In this document: piece by piece, positions 13,990 to 27,237 of the stretch
Numbering within the stretch: the first letter of the stretch is position 1
How the letters are laid out: each line of letters opens with the position of its first letter
NCBI GenBank assembly: GCA_964016885.1
Contig: OZ024754.1
Span: forward strand, 7,068,001-7,132,000
Reading direction: 5' to 3'
Source: Eledone cirrhosa
Lineage: Eukaryota
DNA: 64,000 nucleotides
The notes under the pieces: generated by a model
What the model saw: the letters and a program-made list of their open reading frames with translations, nothing else
What the model was told of the DNA's origin: nothing
Database searches by the model: none
Program-made: the position numbers and the translations under genes

Positions 13990-16450
13990 CAGGCATGGGC
14001 AACCTTTTTCGAGAAGCAGGCCACATGAGATATGGCTCATCATCAGGCGGGCCGCAAGCGCTAATTTACATTCATGCCCACATTAAAAAAAGGGGTTTTT
14101 AATTTGTTTAGGTTGTTTTAATTTGTTTCTTCAGAATTCGTACACGTTGTTTTCCTCGGTCATAAAAATGATAGAAAGATAAATTACGTCTGAAAAGTTG
14201 GGGTAAAAAAAAATCAGAAAGATTTCACTTAGGTGACTTAGGCGAGCCATTCAGAAAGATTTCACTTAGGTGACTTAGGCGAGCCATTCAGAAAGATTTC
14301 ACTTAGGTGACTTAGACGAGCCATTCAGAAAGATTTCACTTAGGTGACTTAGGCGAGCCATTCAGAAAGATTTCACTTAGGTGACTTAGGCGAGCCATTC
14401 AGAAAGATTTCACTTAGGTGACTTAGACGAGCCATTCAGAAAGATTTCACTTAGGTGACTTAGACGAGCCATTCAGAAAGATTTCACTTAGGTGACTTAG
14501 GCGAGCCATTCAGAAAGATTTCACTTAGGTGACTTAGGCGAGCCATTCAGAAAGATTTCACTTAGGTGACTTAGACGAGCCATTCAGAAAGATTTCACTT
14601 AGGTGACTTAGACGAGCCATTCAGAAAGATTTCACTTAGGTGACTTAGACGAGCCATTCAGAAAGATTTCACTTAGGTGACTTAGACGAGCCATTCAGAA
14701 AGATTTCACTTAGGTGACTTAGACGAGCCATTCAGAAAGATTTCACTTAGGTGACTTAGGCGAGCCATTCAGAAAGATTTCACTTAGGTGACTTAGGCGA
14801 GCCATTCAGAAAGATTTCACTTAGGTGACTTAGACGAGCCATTCAGAAAGATTTCACTTAGGTGACTTAGACGAGCCATTCAGAAAGATTTCACTTAGGT
14901 GACTTAGGCGAGCCATTCAGAAAGATTTCACTTAGGTGACTTAGGCGAGCCATTCAGAAAGATTTCACTTAGGTGACTTAGACGAGCCATTCAGAAAGAT
15001 TTCACTTAGGTGACTTAGGCGAGCCATTCAGAAAGATTTCACTTAGGTGACTTAGGCGAGCCATTCAGAAAGATTTCACTTAGGTGACTTAGACGAGCCA
15101 TTCAGAAAGATTTCACTTAGGTGACTTAGGCGAGCCATTCAGAAAGATTTCACTTAGGTGACTTAGGCGAGCCATTCAGAAAGATTTCACTTAGGTGACT
15201 TAGACGAGCCATTCAGAAAGATTTCACTTAGGTGACTTAGGCGAGCTATTCAGAAAGATTTCACTTAGGTGACTTAGACGAGCCATTTAGAAAGATTTCA
15301 CTTAGGTGACTTAGACGAGCCATTTAGAAAGATTTCACTTAGGTGACTTAGACGAGCCATTCAGAAAGATTTCACTTAGGTGACTTAGACGAGCCATTCA
15401 GAAAGATTTCACTTAGGTGACTTAGACGAGCCATTCAGAAAGATTTCACTTAGGTGACTTAGACGAGCCATTCAGAAAGATTTCACTTAGGTGACTTAGA
15501 CGAGCCATTCAGAAAGATTTCACTTAGGTGACTTAGACAAGCCATACAGAAAGATTTCACTTAGGTGACTTAGACGAGCCATTCAGAAAGATTTCACTTA
15601 GGTGACTTAGACGAGCCATTCAGAAAGATTTCACTTAGGTGACTTAGGCGAGCCATTCAGAAAGATTTCACTTACGTGACTTAGGCGAGCCATTCAGAAA
15701 GATTTCACTTAGGTGACTTAGGCGAGCCATTCAGAAAGATTTCACTTAGGTGACTTAGACGAGCCATTCAGAAAGATTTCACTTAGGTGACTTAGACGAG
15801 CCATTCAGAAAGATTTCACTTAGGTGACTTAGACGAGTCATTCAGAAAGATTTCACTTAGGTGACTTAGACGAGCCATTCAGAAAGATTTCACTTAGGTG
15901 ACTTAGGCGAGCCATTCAGAAAGATTTCACTTAGGTGACTTAGGCGAGCCATTCAGAAAGATTTCACTTAGGTGACTTAGGCGAGCCATTCAGAAAGATT
16001 TCACTTAGGTGACTTAGGCGAGCCATTCAGAAAGATTTCACTTAGGTGACTTAGACGAGCCATTCAGAAAGATTTCACTTAGGTGACTTAGGCGAGCCAT
16101 TCAGAAAGATTTCACTTAGGTGACTTAGGCGAGCCATTCAGAAAGATTTCACTTAGGTGACTTAGACGAGCCATTCAGAAAGATTTCACTTAGGTGACTT
16201 AGGCGAGCCATTCAGAAAGATTTCACTTAGGTGACTTAGGCGAGCCATTCAGAAAGATTTCACTTAGGTGACTTAGGCGAGCCATTCAGAAAGATTTCAC
16301 TTAGGTGACTTAGGCGAGCCATTCAGAAAGATTTCACTTAGGTGACTTAGACGAGCCATTCAGAAAGATTTCACTTAGGTGACTTAGACGAGCCATTCAG
16401 AAAGATTTCACTTAGGTGACTTAGGCGAGCATTTCAGAAAGGTTCGCGGA
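13990..16450 (+). mobile_element. hAT-like MITE expanded by an internal minisatellite; right TIR absent
   Basis: TIR CAGGCATGGGCAACC; unexpanded copy at 39783-40070. Confidence 0.75.
14214..16441 (+). repeat. 37-bp minisatellite, ~60 copies
   Basis: TCAGAAAGATTTCACTTAGGTGACTTAG(G/A)CGAGCCAT. Confidence 0.97.
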
Positions 16451-16807
16451 TGACTGCTTTAGAATTAGCTATCAAATAAATCATAATTCTCTATCACTCA
16501 TGTAATAGAGATTCTATGATATATGACTATCTACAACATCATAATAAGAAGTGTGGGAGTGATATATTGTCTACTACCAGAATGATATATATCAGTATCT
16601 CAGCTTACTTTACATTTCATATCTATAGGTTAATATAATTTAGCATATCATATAAATTGCTTTACCTTAATGTTATCTGTTATGCTAGTAGCAAAATATC
16701 ATTTTATATATTGGTCTTTGCAATAGATAGCAATTTTTTGCATTATCTTTATTTACTATATATCAGATTTTCATTTACTACACACACACACACACACAAA
16801 CACACAC

Positions 16808-17485
16808 GGGATTTGAACTCAGAACGTAAAGGCCGTAACTGTGCTACAAAACGTTGCCCCGATACTGCCAATCAACCGCCCTGAGAGTAATAATAATTGT
16901 TTCTACTTTTGGCATAAGTGTATTACTGGTACTTTATTTTATCGACTCCGTAAGGATGAAAGGGCAAAGTTAACCTCAGCGGGATTTGAACTAAGACGTA
17001 AAGGGCCATAACTCTATGTTGCAAAGCATTGCTTCCGACCCTCTACCGGTATTGCCTTAATAATGGTTTCTTATATAGGCACAAGGCCAACAATTTTAGG
17101 GGAGAGGAAAGTCGATTAAATCAACTCCAGTACATTACTGGTACTTTATTTTATCGACCCCGTGAGGATGAAAGGCAAAGTTAGCCTTGACGTGATTTGA
17201 ACTCAGACCATAAAGGGTCATAACACTTTGCTGCTAAGCATGGCGTCAGACCCTCTACCGATACTGCCAATCCATCGCCCTTCGCTAATGAATAATAATT
17301 GTTTCTACTTTAGGCACAAGGCCAGCAATTACCCAGTGCATTACTGGTACTTTATTTTATCGACTCCGTAAGGATGAAAGGCAAAGTCAACCTCAGCGGG
17401 ATTTGAACTCAGATCGTAAAGGGACGTAACTATGCTGGAAAGCATGGCGTCCGACCCTCTACCGATACTGCCAATCCACCGCCCT
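16808..17485 (-). mobile_element. Cluster of ~4 Meta-domain SINEs
   Basis: Family motifs. Confidence 0.85.
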
Positions 17486-18073
17486 ATTATTCACCGCTAA
17501 TGAATAATAATAACAATAATAATAATTTTAGCTGTATTTAATTTATTGTGTTTATATTTCATATTTTAATATCAGCATTCAAATCTCTGATGTAAGTGGA
17601 ATTATTTTCTAGATGAAATCAACAATGTTAATGGACATTTTGTTTTAAATGATATATTCTATACAAAATCTTAGTGAAATCAATGGTAAAATATATATTA
17701 AATATAGAAAATATAGTGTATATATATTTAAAGGAGTCGATAAATATCTCTTTATCAAATTGCTTACAAATACTTTTGGGAATTTTGTAGAATTATATTA
17801 ACGTTCTTATGTCTTTTGTAATAATAAAAAAAAAATATTAACATTATTCAACAAATGTTAGAACTATAATTTAATGTGTTTTGGTAAAAGAACGTAAGTT
17901 TGCAACATTTTATATCTCTTCAAGTTACAAAGGAAAAAAACAAACTATTTTTTCTCTCTCTCTCACGATACATAAAAGGACTTAGGTTGATAACATCGAC
18001 AGTCGATCGACTTTCGTCAAATCGGACCAAGGAAACAATGTTTCCGTTGGTCTTTACAATTGCTAATACTATC

Positions 18074-18227
18074 TAAATCGACATTAGTGCATTAGTGGTA
18101 CTTTATTTTATCAACCACGTAAGGATGAAAGGAAAAGTTAACCTCGGCGAGATTTGAACTTATAACGTAAAGGGCCATAACTTTATGCTGCAAAACATGA
18201 TGTCCGATACTCTACCGATACTGCCAA
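18074..18227 (-). mobile_element. Meta-domain SINE
   Basis: Family motifs. Confidence 0.8.
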
Positions 18228-18448
18228 AAACAAATTAAAAAATTCAAGCAACAAAAATTCCCCAATAGGATGGAAATCTCTGAGGGTCACTCGTGGCGAA
18301 AACCACACAAAAGACCACGGCCACCCTGACCACAAGAGCAAGCGCCTTCTATCAGTTCTCCCACTTCTTAGTCTACAGGCGCATACTCAGAGCAGGCCCG
18401 GGAATGTCTCACTTGCTACGAACGATCCAAGAAACTCCGTTTTGTGCG

Positions 18449-18527
18449 GTCTCTTGATAAGCCTTATCTACCTCACTTCTAAAGTGCATATTGCTGCAAA
18501 CGGATTCGGCGAAACTGCGGTCGGAAC
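18449..18527 (+). ncRNA. Hammerhead, U3-A8 core, long stem II
   Basis: gtctc-TTGATAA-GCC..GGC-GAAA-CTGCGG-TC-ggaac. Confidence 0.6.
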
Positions 18528-18670
18528 TTTGAAAAGAAAATAGTTATATTTTTGTCTATTATTTCCTCGTATTTTTAATTTGATATATATACATACATAC
18601 ATATATACATGCATACATACATACATACATACATACATACATACATACATACATACACATATATGGGGCA

Positions 18671-18797
18671 CCCACTGATGAATTATAGGAGCTCACTTGA
18701 ATATATATCTATTGATGGTATACAAGCTCCTACATAAATTGGTATAATTTCACCCAAATTGTAGGAATCCTATAATGAAACGAGACGTCCGTCTGGG
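18671..18797 (+). ncRNA. Hammerhead with ~95-nt branched stem II
   Basis: CCCA-CTGATGA-ATTATAGGA..TCCTATAAT-GAAA-CG agacgtc CG-TC-TGGG. Confidence 0.75.
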
Positions 18798-18972
18798 AAG
18801 ATATATATTCGATATGTCTCATATGAAATAATACAGCCAATTTTCCACGCAATACTTTTAGTTAGCACCCCGAACGCATAATTGGGAGTATAATCACTTA
18901 TTTCCTAATGTTTGTTGAGTGAGTTGGAATTTGGCCGGAGTATCGCTAAAAAGCTTTCTCCGATATTGTATT

Positions 18973-19023
<51 letters not shown>

Positions 19024-19077
19024 TGCGAGTACTTTGGCGAGTAACGGTCTAACCAGTTTATTACTGTATCCATCTTG

Positions 19078-19124
<47 letters not shown>

Positions 19125-19631
19125 GTACATGTGTATTCATATCACAATCTACATTAGGTGGTCCACATTTGTAAAAATGCCGTCTTTTACAAATATATGT
19201 TTTGAAATTAAACATTTCGAAGGCAAGGCGACATATATACACAACGTATATATATATAATAATCTGGTATATGAAAACCTACGCAAAAATAATCAAAACT
19301 TTAACAAAATAACTGTCGGCCATTTAAATTAATTTTGAATATTTCGATATCCTCGGGAAAAAAATAGAACAATTTTATTTAAAATCAAATCAAAACAGAT
19401 TTTGCTTATATAACTTATTGGAAGGCTATGTTTCATGTTTTAGAATTGACAGGAATGAGACGGTGAGCCGTTAGGATATCGAATAAAATCATTTGTCCTT
19501 TTCGTCCTCAGTCTTTGTACTTTGAATTCAAATTCAACCGAGATTAACTTTGCCTTTCATCCCTTCGATCTTGATAGAAAATTACCAGCGAAGTACAGAG
19601 TGGGTTTTTCCTTTTTCCTAAATAGGATATG

Positions 19632-19663
<32 letters not shown>

Positions 19664-19748
19664 TGTATGTATGTATGTATGTATGTATGTATGTATGTAT
19701 GCATGCATGTATGTATGTATGTATGTATGTATATATATATATATATAT

Positions 19749-19867
19749 GAAGGTGTGTGGCTGAGTGGTTAGAGAATTGGATTCGCAATCGTAAGGTTGT
19801 GAGTTCGATTCCTGGACCAGGCGATGCGTTATGTCCTTGAGCAAGACACTTTATTTCACGTTGCTCC
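19749..19867 (+). mobile_element. CORE-like SINE 5' part
   Basis: A/B boxes plus GTCCTTGAGCAAGACACTT. Confidence 0.85.
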
Positions 19868-19985
19868 TTCTACCTGGAGTTGCGACCGATAGATAGTATT
19901 AGCAATTGGAAAGACCAACGGAAACATTGTTCCCTCGGTCCGATTTGACGAAAGTCGATCGTTCCTTTATTTATATATATGTATA

Positions 19986-20238
19986 TAGAATAAGAAAATG
20001 CGAAGTAGTTTCAGATGTTAAAGTCCTTTATTGATAATGCTGTGATACATATTTCAATGATGACAGTGGCAACACGACTCCATGTACCCAGTGCCGTGAC
20101 ATCATCAGACAGCTTCTTATATAATAAGGTTACGTTCCCCAGGCAATCCTGTGGCGACTGTCGTCATTGAAATATGTATCACAGCCTTATCAATAAAGGT
20201 CTTTAACATCTGAAACTACTTCACATTTTCTTATTCTA
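19986..20238. mobile_element. PLE pLTR-like fold-back with HHR at 20039-20113 (-)
   Basis: ~90-bp inverted arms; GCTGT-CTGATGA..GAAA-TATGTA-TC-ACAGC. Confidence 0.65.
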
Positions 20239-20425
20239 CATATACTTCGGTTTTCCTATGTGGTAAACATACGTCGAGTGCTTGAATTGAATTGCATCAA
20301 TATTTACCGTAAGTATATATATATATATATATATATAATGAAAAATTGAACAGGGACAGAACAGAGAGGCAGTACAATAAATGTTTATTAAATTCACGCT
20401 CAGGAGAGTGGAGGGTAGGTGGGGG

Positions 20426-20457
20426 ACGACGTTTCGGGCATAAGCCCTTCTTCAGGT
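20426..20457 (-). ncRNA. Minimal PLE-type hammerhead
   Basis: CTGAAGA-A-GGGC ttat GCCC-GAAA-CG-TC; stem I short. Confidence 0.7.
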
Positions 20458-20619
20458 GAGAAGTGTGTGGGAACAGAGTATTACTATATATATATATATA
20501 GTAATAATAATAAATGTGAAGACTAACATCCGAAGAGGGCTCGATAAGGATAATTTATATATAAATATATATAAAACCGTAGAGCAAATACTTCTGCGTC
20601 CACTGATTGATTTTCTTTT

Positions 20620-20670
20620 AGTTTCAGAAGATCCCGTTAAGGGTGAAAGCATCGATTCTTTGCTTAAACT
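20620..20670 (+). ncRNA. Hammerhead fold with CAGAAGA core (family E; also 53087-53141, partial 53264-53305 and 2845-2880 on -)
   Basis: AGTTT-CAGAAGA-T-CCC gttaa GGG-T-GAAA-GCA..TGC-TT-AAACT. Confidence 0.6.
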
Positions 20671-20821
20671 TTAATCTGTTATTCTAATATATTACGTTAT
20701 TCCGGGTTGAATCGGAGGTAACCACAGTAAGTAAGGTACTCAATACATTGCAGAGTATAAAAGTTTTAATATAGATGAGATTCTACAGGATTAGAACTGT
20801 TTCATTCTTTAGAAATCATCA

Positions 20822-20874
20822 GGGATTCCTGATGATTTCTAAAGAATGAAACAGTTCTAGTCCTGTAGAATCTC
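20822..20874 (+). ncRNA. Canonical hammerhead (family A) in fold-back 20768-20889
   Basis: GGGATTC-CTGATGA-T-TTC taaa GAA-T-GAAA-CAG ttctagtc CTG-TA-GAATCTC. Confidence 0.8.
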
Positions 20875-21032
20875 ATCTATATTAAAACTCTCTCTCTCTC
20901 TATATATATATACATAAAAGATCGGAGGCCATATTCAGTTGATTCAGGTTTATTTAAAACTCCGTTATACCGAGGACTGTCAGTTAAGATAGCCTTAGCT
21001 CTTCAGACAGAAAAACCTAAAATAAACAATAT

Positions 21033-21104
<72 letters not shown>

Positions 21105-21309
21105 CTAATTATATCTAAATGTTTCTTCTCCCTTCATAATGTATTTTTAACTCTGATACTGGTTCAGTCTAGTTCAACTGGATTGGTCTGTCCCAGTCAT
21201 TCATTGAGCAACATCGGTGAAGTTGGCACCCTTAACTCACAGTTGGGTGCGGATGCATTCATGTATATATGTGTGTGTCCGCATGTATCTGTGTGTTTCT
21301 ATCTATCTA

Positions 21310-21349
<40 letters not shown>

Positions 21350-21435
21350 TTTATCCTGGGTTCAATCAGGGGTAACCACAGTAAGTAAGGTACTCAATAC
21401 AATACAAAGCAGAGTATAAATATTTAATATAGAAA

Positions 21436-21486
21436 GGCTTCTACAGGACTAGAACTGTTTCATTCGAGGGAAATCATCAGGAAGCC
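21436..21486 (-). ncRNA. Canonical hammerhead (family A)
   Basis: GGCTTC-CTGATGA-T-TTC cctc GAA-T-GAAA-CAG ttctagtc CTG-TA-GAAGCC. Confidence 0.85.
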
Positions 21487-21584
21487 GACCGGCCGTCCAA
21501 GTAATATGGTGGATAAATACCATCATATTACTTGGACAGCCGATGATTTCTCCCAAATGAAACAGATCTAGTCCCGTAGAACCC

Positions 21585-21617
<33 letters not shown>

Positions 21618-21678
21618 ACAAATAACGAAACGAAATTAAATTTCGTTTCGTTTGTAACTCACTTTTGTATGACTGACG

Positions 21679-21728
<50 letters not shown>

Positions 21729-21995
21729 GGAAAAAAATGAAACGAAATTTCATTTCCCACTCTTAGTACGGCTGTTACTTAAATAAATATAAGTATGTAT
21801 ACGTACATACATATATGTATACAGACGCACAGTAGTATGTATATATATATACATACATGCACACATATATATATGTACGTATGGATTCACCGAACATTTA
21901 TTATAATGCTCGGTGTGTTTGTAAACAAACATCCCGTATTAAGCCGTAGTGTCTAGCAACCATCGTTGCTCGTTTGTTCAACACTGACAAAGGAA

Positions 21996-22036
21996 CGCTG
22001 TACTAGTTTCAAGCTTGTTAGCTATCGTCAGCAACG
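21996..22036 (-). ncRNA. Minimal hammerhead (family C)
   Basis: CGTTG-CTGACGA-T-AGCT aaca AGCT-T-GAAA-CTAG-TA-CAGCG. Confidence 0.75.
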
Positions 22037-22696
22037 TATACATAATTGTTAAATAACGTAGCTATCGTCAGAAACGTATAGCTAATTGTTAAATAACGTA
22101 GCTATCGTCAGCAACGTATACCTAATTGTTAAATAACGTAGCTATCGTCAGCAACGTATACCTAATTGTTAAATAACGTAGCTATCGTCAGCAACGTATA
22201 CCTAATTGTTAAATAACGTAGCTATCGTCAGAAACGTATACCTAATTGTTAAATAACGTAGCTATCGTCAGAAACGTATACCTAATTGTTAAATAACGTA
22301 GCTATCGTCAGAAACGTATACCTAATTGTTAAATAACGTAGCTATCGTCAGAAACGTATACATAATTGTTAAATAACGTAGCTATCGTCAGAAACGTATA
22401 CATAATTCTTAAATAACGTAGCTATCGTCTGCAACGTATACATAATTGTTAAATAACGTAGCTATCGTCAGAAACGTATACATAATTGCTAAATAACGTA
22501 GCTATCGTCTACAACGTATACATAATTGTTAAATAACGTAGCTATCGTCAGCAACGTATACATAATTGTTAAATAACGTAGCTATCGTCAGCAACGTATA
22601 CCTAATTCTTAAATAACGTAGCTATCGTCTGCAACGTATACCTAATTGTTAAATAACGTAGCTATCGTCTGCAACGCATACCTAATTCTTAAATAA
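22019..22696 (+). repeat. 40-bp minisatellite, ~17 copies
   Basis: GCTATCGTCAG(C/A)AACGTATAC(A/C)TAATTGTTAAATAACGTA. Confidence 0.95.
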
Positions 22697-23074
22697 AAGT
22701 CGACTTTTCATTTCTATTGATATATGAACAGTGATTCAACTATGTACTGTGAAGTATTGATAATATTTGTTATTCACTGAACCAATGTTATTCCGCTTAT
22801 TCTTTGTTGAAACCAGGACACATGGATATCGATAGACAAATATTGCTATTAAATAATTTGTTATCAATAAAGAGAGCAATCAATAATCAATACTTGTATA
22901 GGAACAGATGCCATGGAATGCAAGACATCATTAAAATTACTGTCATGTTCAGTAAATAGGCCGAGGTTTATTTGTAAAATTGAACAGTCCACCTATGAAG
23001 GTCGGAAAAGAAAATAAGTTGTATGTTTGGAAAATGTTTGGTACCGGTGTCTGTATAATAGAAGTTTCCCTTCA

Positions 23075-23905
23075 ATCGATGGCCTTGTACCAATGTTAGA
23101 AATGAGAGTTACGTCCCTTGGCGGTCTGAGTTCAAATCCCGCCGCGGTTAACTTTGCCTTTCATTCTTACGGGGTCAATAAAATAAAGTACCAGTCACGA
23201 ACTGGGTCGATTTAATCGACTTTCCCCTCCCCACAAAATTGCTGGCCTTGTGTCTATAAGGGGTCGATAAAATAAAGTACCAGTAATACACTGGGATAAT
23301 TGCTGGCCTTGTGCCAAAAGTAGAAAAAATTATTATTATTATTATTATTTTATTAGGGCAGTGGGTTGGCAGTACCAGTAGAGCCTCGGACACCATGCTT
23401 TGCAGCATAGAGTTACGGCCCTTTACAGTCTGAGTTCAAATCCTACCAAGGGTAGCTTTGCCTTTCATCCTTACGGGGCCGATAAATAAAGTCCCAGTAA
23501 TACACTAGGGTCGATTTAATCGACTTTCCCCTTATCTCAAAATTACTGGTCTTGTGCTTAATGTAGAAATCATAATTATGAAGAGCATAGAGTTACGACC
23601 CTTTACTGTCTGAGTTCAAATCTCGCCGAGGTTAGTTTTGCCTTTCATCCTTTCGGGGTTGATAAAATGAAGTACCAGTAATGCACTGCTGGTACCAATA
23701 ATAAAGTACCAATAATTGATGGCCCGTGCCAAAAGTAGAAACAATTATTATTATTATTATCATTGCGTTCAAATCCCGCCGAGGTTAGCTTTGCCTTTTA
23801 TCCTTACGGGGTCGATAAAATAAAGTACCAGTAACGCGCTGGGTCGATTTAATAGACTTTCTCCTCGCCCTAAAATTACTGGCTTTATGCCTATATAAGA
23901 AACAA
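23075..23905 (+). mobile_element. Cluster of ~5 Meta-domain SINE pieces
   Basis: Family motifs. Confidence 0.85.
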
Positions 23906-24612
23906 TTATTTTTCTTATTAAACGCTACTCACACACACGCCTACATCTTAATTAACGGGGTAAAATGTAAAATAAAATAAATTAATTTTGGGCGATATTG
24001 TCATCACAAAAAGTAACAAATTTTATTTTTATTTATAATTTGTACGTCTAGGCTATTGTCTAGTTGATAAGAATGTCTTTGCGTGTGGTGAAATACTATT
24101 TATATACTTCCTTAAATAGATTGATTACTAAGTGTGAAAAAGTCACTGAATCTGAGATCATTTGTCGTGATTCCTAAGTTATATTTATATTTCTCACTAC
24201 TAACTAAAACAATAAAACAACAACACCGTTTACATTCACTGAAGTAAAAAAAAAAAAAGCAATGAGAAAAGTACTCGAAGTAAATAGATAAATATGGAAT
24301 GGGTGAGAAAATAAAATAAATGGTCTAGATATAATGACTAACTGTATAATCAATGCTACTAATTTATATCGAGACTACTAGTCTGTAATCCTGAGATGGA
24401 TATTCTTATTTCAGGACAAGAGATTTATAAAATGCTGAAATTCTTGAAGAAGAGAGATATCGAAAATAGGAAATGAAAGTTAAAATATATACTGTCATAA
24501 TTCTTCGAAGTGTTGCGTTTCTTATTGTGAATTCAATTACCACAAAAAGTGTTTAATGGAGCTAGGTTTTCATCAGTAGCATTCAAGTTTAGAATACTAT
24601 TTTATGATGATT

Positions 24613-24802
24613 AGGTGGATTGGCAGTGTCGGTAGAGGGTCGGACGCCATGTTTTGCAGCAAAGAGTTACGGCCATTGCCATTCTGAGTTCAAATCCCGC
24701 CGAGGTTAACTTTGCCTTTCATCCTTACGGGGTCGATAAAATAAAGTACCAGTAATGCACTGGGATAATTGCTGGCCTTGTGCCAAAAGTAGAAACAATT
24801 AT
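24613..24802 (+). mobile_element. Meta-domain SINE, near full length
   Basis: TGGCAGTGTCGGTAG A box, GAGTTCAAATCC B box, Meta domain. Confidence 0.85.
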
Positions 24803-25049
24803 TACAAACGGGATACGAGACGGAGAGAAAATTAAAAAGACTGCCATTGCGTATCAAAGCATGATGTAACGATTCTTTAAATTCCCTGTCATTTGATATC
24901 TCTGGGAAGAGAATAATCTCAGACACATTGGAATATCCAAATTCATTGAGAGACTGTAGTTGAGGGATATTTCTGGTTTATTGATAGAGATAGTTTATTG
25001 ATTGAGATAGATTATGGAAACATTTATTATATCATACAAATACTTTTGT

Positions 25050-25400
25050 TGAAGAAGACGAAGAAGAAGGAAAAGAAGGAAAAGAAGGAAAAGAAGGAAA
25101 AAAAGGAAAAGAGAACAAGAAGAAGAAAAAGAAGGAAAGAAGAATAAAGAGAACAAGAAGAAAAAGAAGGAAAGAAGAATAAAGAGAACAACAAGAAAAA
25201 GAAGGAAAGAAGAATAAAGAGAACAAGAAGAAGAAAAAGAAGGAAAGAAGAGAAAAGAGCAAGAGTAGAAGAAGAAGAGAAGGAGGGGATGATAAACAAG
25301 AAAACGATGAAGACAAAAGGGGAGATAACGATGTAGAGTAAGACTAAAAGGGGAGATAACAATGCAGAAGCAGACGACAAAGAAGTCGAAGAAGACGGAG
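25050..25400 (+). repeat. Polypurine (GAA-rich) low-complexity tract
   Basis: Direct reading. Confidence 0.9.
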
Positions 25401-27237
25401 ACCAATGTTTAGATATATTAGATAACATTGCCACAAGTGTTCGATCGATGCCAAGTATAGTTTTATAGAGACAGATAAATGAAGCGACAAATAAGAGAGA
25501 GAGAATCTGAATTGCCCGAAACCAATATCTCCAGTTCTTCTTATTAGATATCAGCTTAATAAGTAATATAACCAATTCTATATTTTATCAGACGAGACTC
25601 TACGTTCCGTCTCGGTTTCCATAAGTTAGATTATCAGGTGACTATTTTGGCAGACAAATCTGAAACTGAAATAATTGGAACTGTTGCTAGATTAAGAATT
25701 GTTTACGTAACGAAAGATAATCCGATTTTAATATTCGGTTACAGATTTCGTTTTTATTCTTGTTTAAGATTTTACGATTAGTGACTTTCTGAAAGCGAGG
25801 TTAATATTTGGCAAATGCGCCTAGAATTACTTAGAATCTATAAAGTTAATGCTGCCAATACTTTCCAGAATATTCCTATCTAATAATATATATCCAAAAT
25901 TAGATAAATAGTTTAATGATGAATTATATCTAATGGCCTCGCGTTTTTCTCAACATTAGAGCAATTCTCTGAGATAAACATAGCTAGTAATCCGAATTAC
26001 TTTAAATTACACACGTGTGTGCGCAGACTTTAATTGTGGTAAGTTAAAATCATACGATTATTAACTTCAAAAGTGTTATTATATGCTAAACGTCCAGTGG
26101 TATAATTGCAGGTTTGAAGACAGTATTTGTCTACATATTTTAAATAATATGGCATGGAATATTAATTTGAAATTCAGAAATAATTGGCTACAATGTATGA
26201 TCATACATTTGCTGTTATATATAAACTATAAAGATAAGAACCTTTGAAGATATTGCAATAAGAATCATAAGAATCAATACAGCAATGATAAAACATACTT
26301 CTGTGAGGGATTATAATATTACATTTATATTTCACGTATTATATACGTTCTAAAAAATCAATTTTAATTGTCTTTCTTGATAGAAGCCCTTTTCAAACTA
26401 CATTTTAGAATGCAATGAATGAATTTTATGATGCGTTGGATAAAACATTTCATACGGACACCATTATTCGAAGAAACCATTAATATTGATATAGCTTTGA
26501 GAATATATCAGTAGAAAATATTAGAAAAAAATGTCATATTCACGATACGAAATACCATTTATATCATTTATTTTCTTCCACTTTTACATATTTCAGAATC
26601 TTCAGTTTAAATATATTTATTCTGTAGCAGTTATGGTGATAGCACCTCGGAGGTATTAATTATATAACTGATAATTTATAATTTTCACAGATTGAAATTA
26701 TAATCACATTTGCCAAATTTATATAATCTACCAAATTAAATTAACTTCTGAATTAACATAATTATATCTCTACTCCAGCAATTGTATTTTTTTTATACCA
26801 CCGAAGGTAAAGGAATTAAGTAAATGAGCCAAGCCTAATCTCGCCAAAAACTAAAACATATCATGGAAAATATAAAAATACATGTATAATTAGCGAAATT
26901 CTGGCAATATTTACAAATACAAACAACCATAAAAAATAATGCTTTTACTGCAATACGTTGGTCATTGTTCTTAACTTTCTTGCGTTTAAGACCCGGAAAA
27001 CATTCTGAGTTTCATAAATAAACTAAGCAAACTATGTACGTGATATAGTGCCAACATTTGCTGTAATTTTAACAAAGATATTTCAATTTGGTACAAAGTC
27101 ATAGAACCTGGGAAAAGGATTGAATCGATCTCAGTACTATTATTTTGTATCAGAAATTAGTAAAAAGTAAAGTCGATATGGATATGTTTATCATTGATTG
27201 ACCAACAGTTAAAAAATATAGATATAAATATAGTTTC

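Noticed and set aside
14214-16441. CRISPR array (37-bp repeat)
   Set aside because: Units are contiguous with no spacers, there are no cas genes, and the unit derives from a MITE
24995-25575. Hydrophobic membrane-like ORFs
   Set aside because: Reverse complement of a GAA-rich tract
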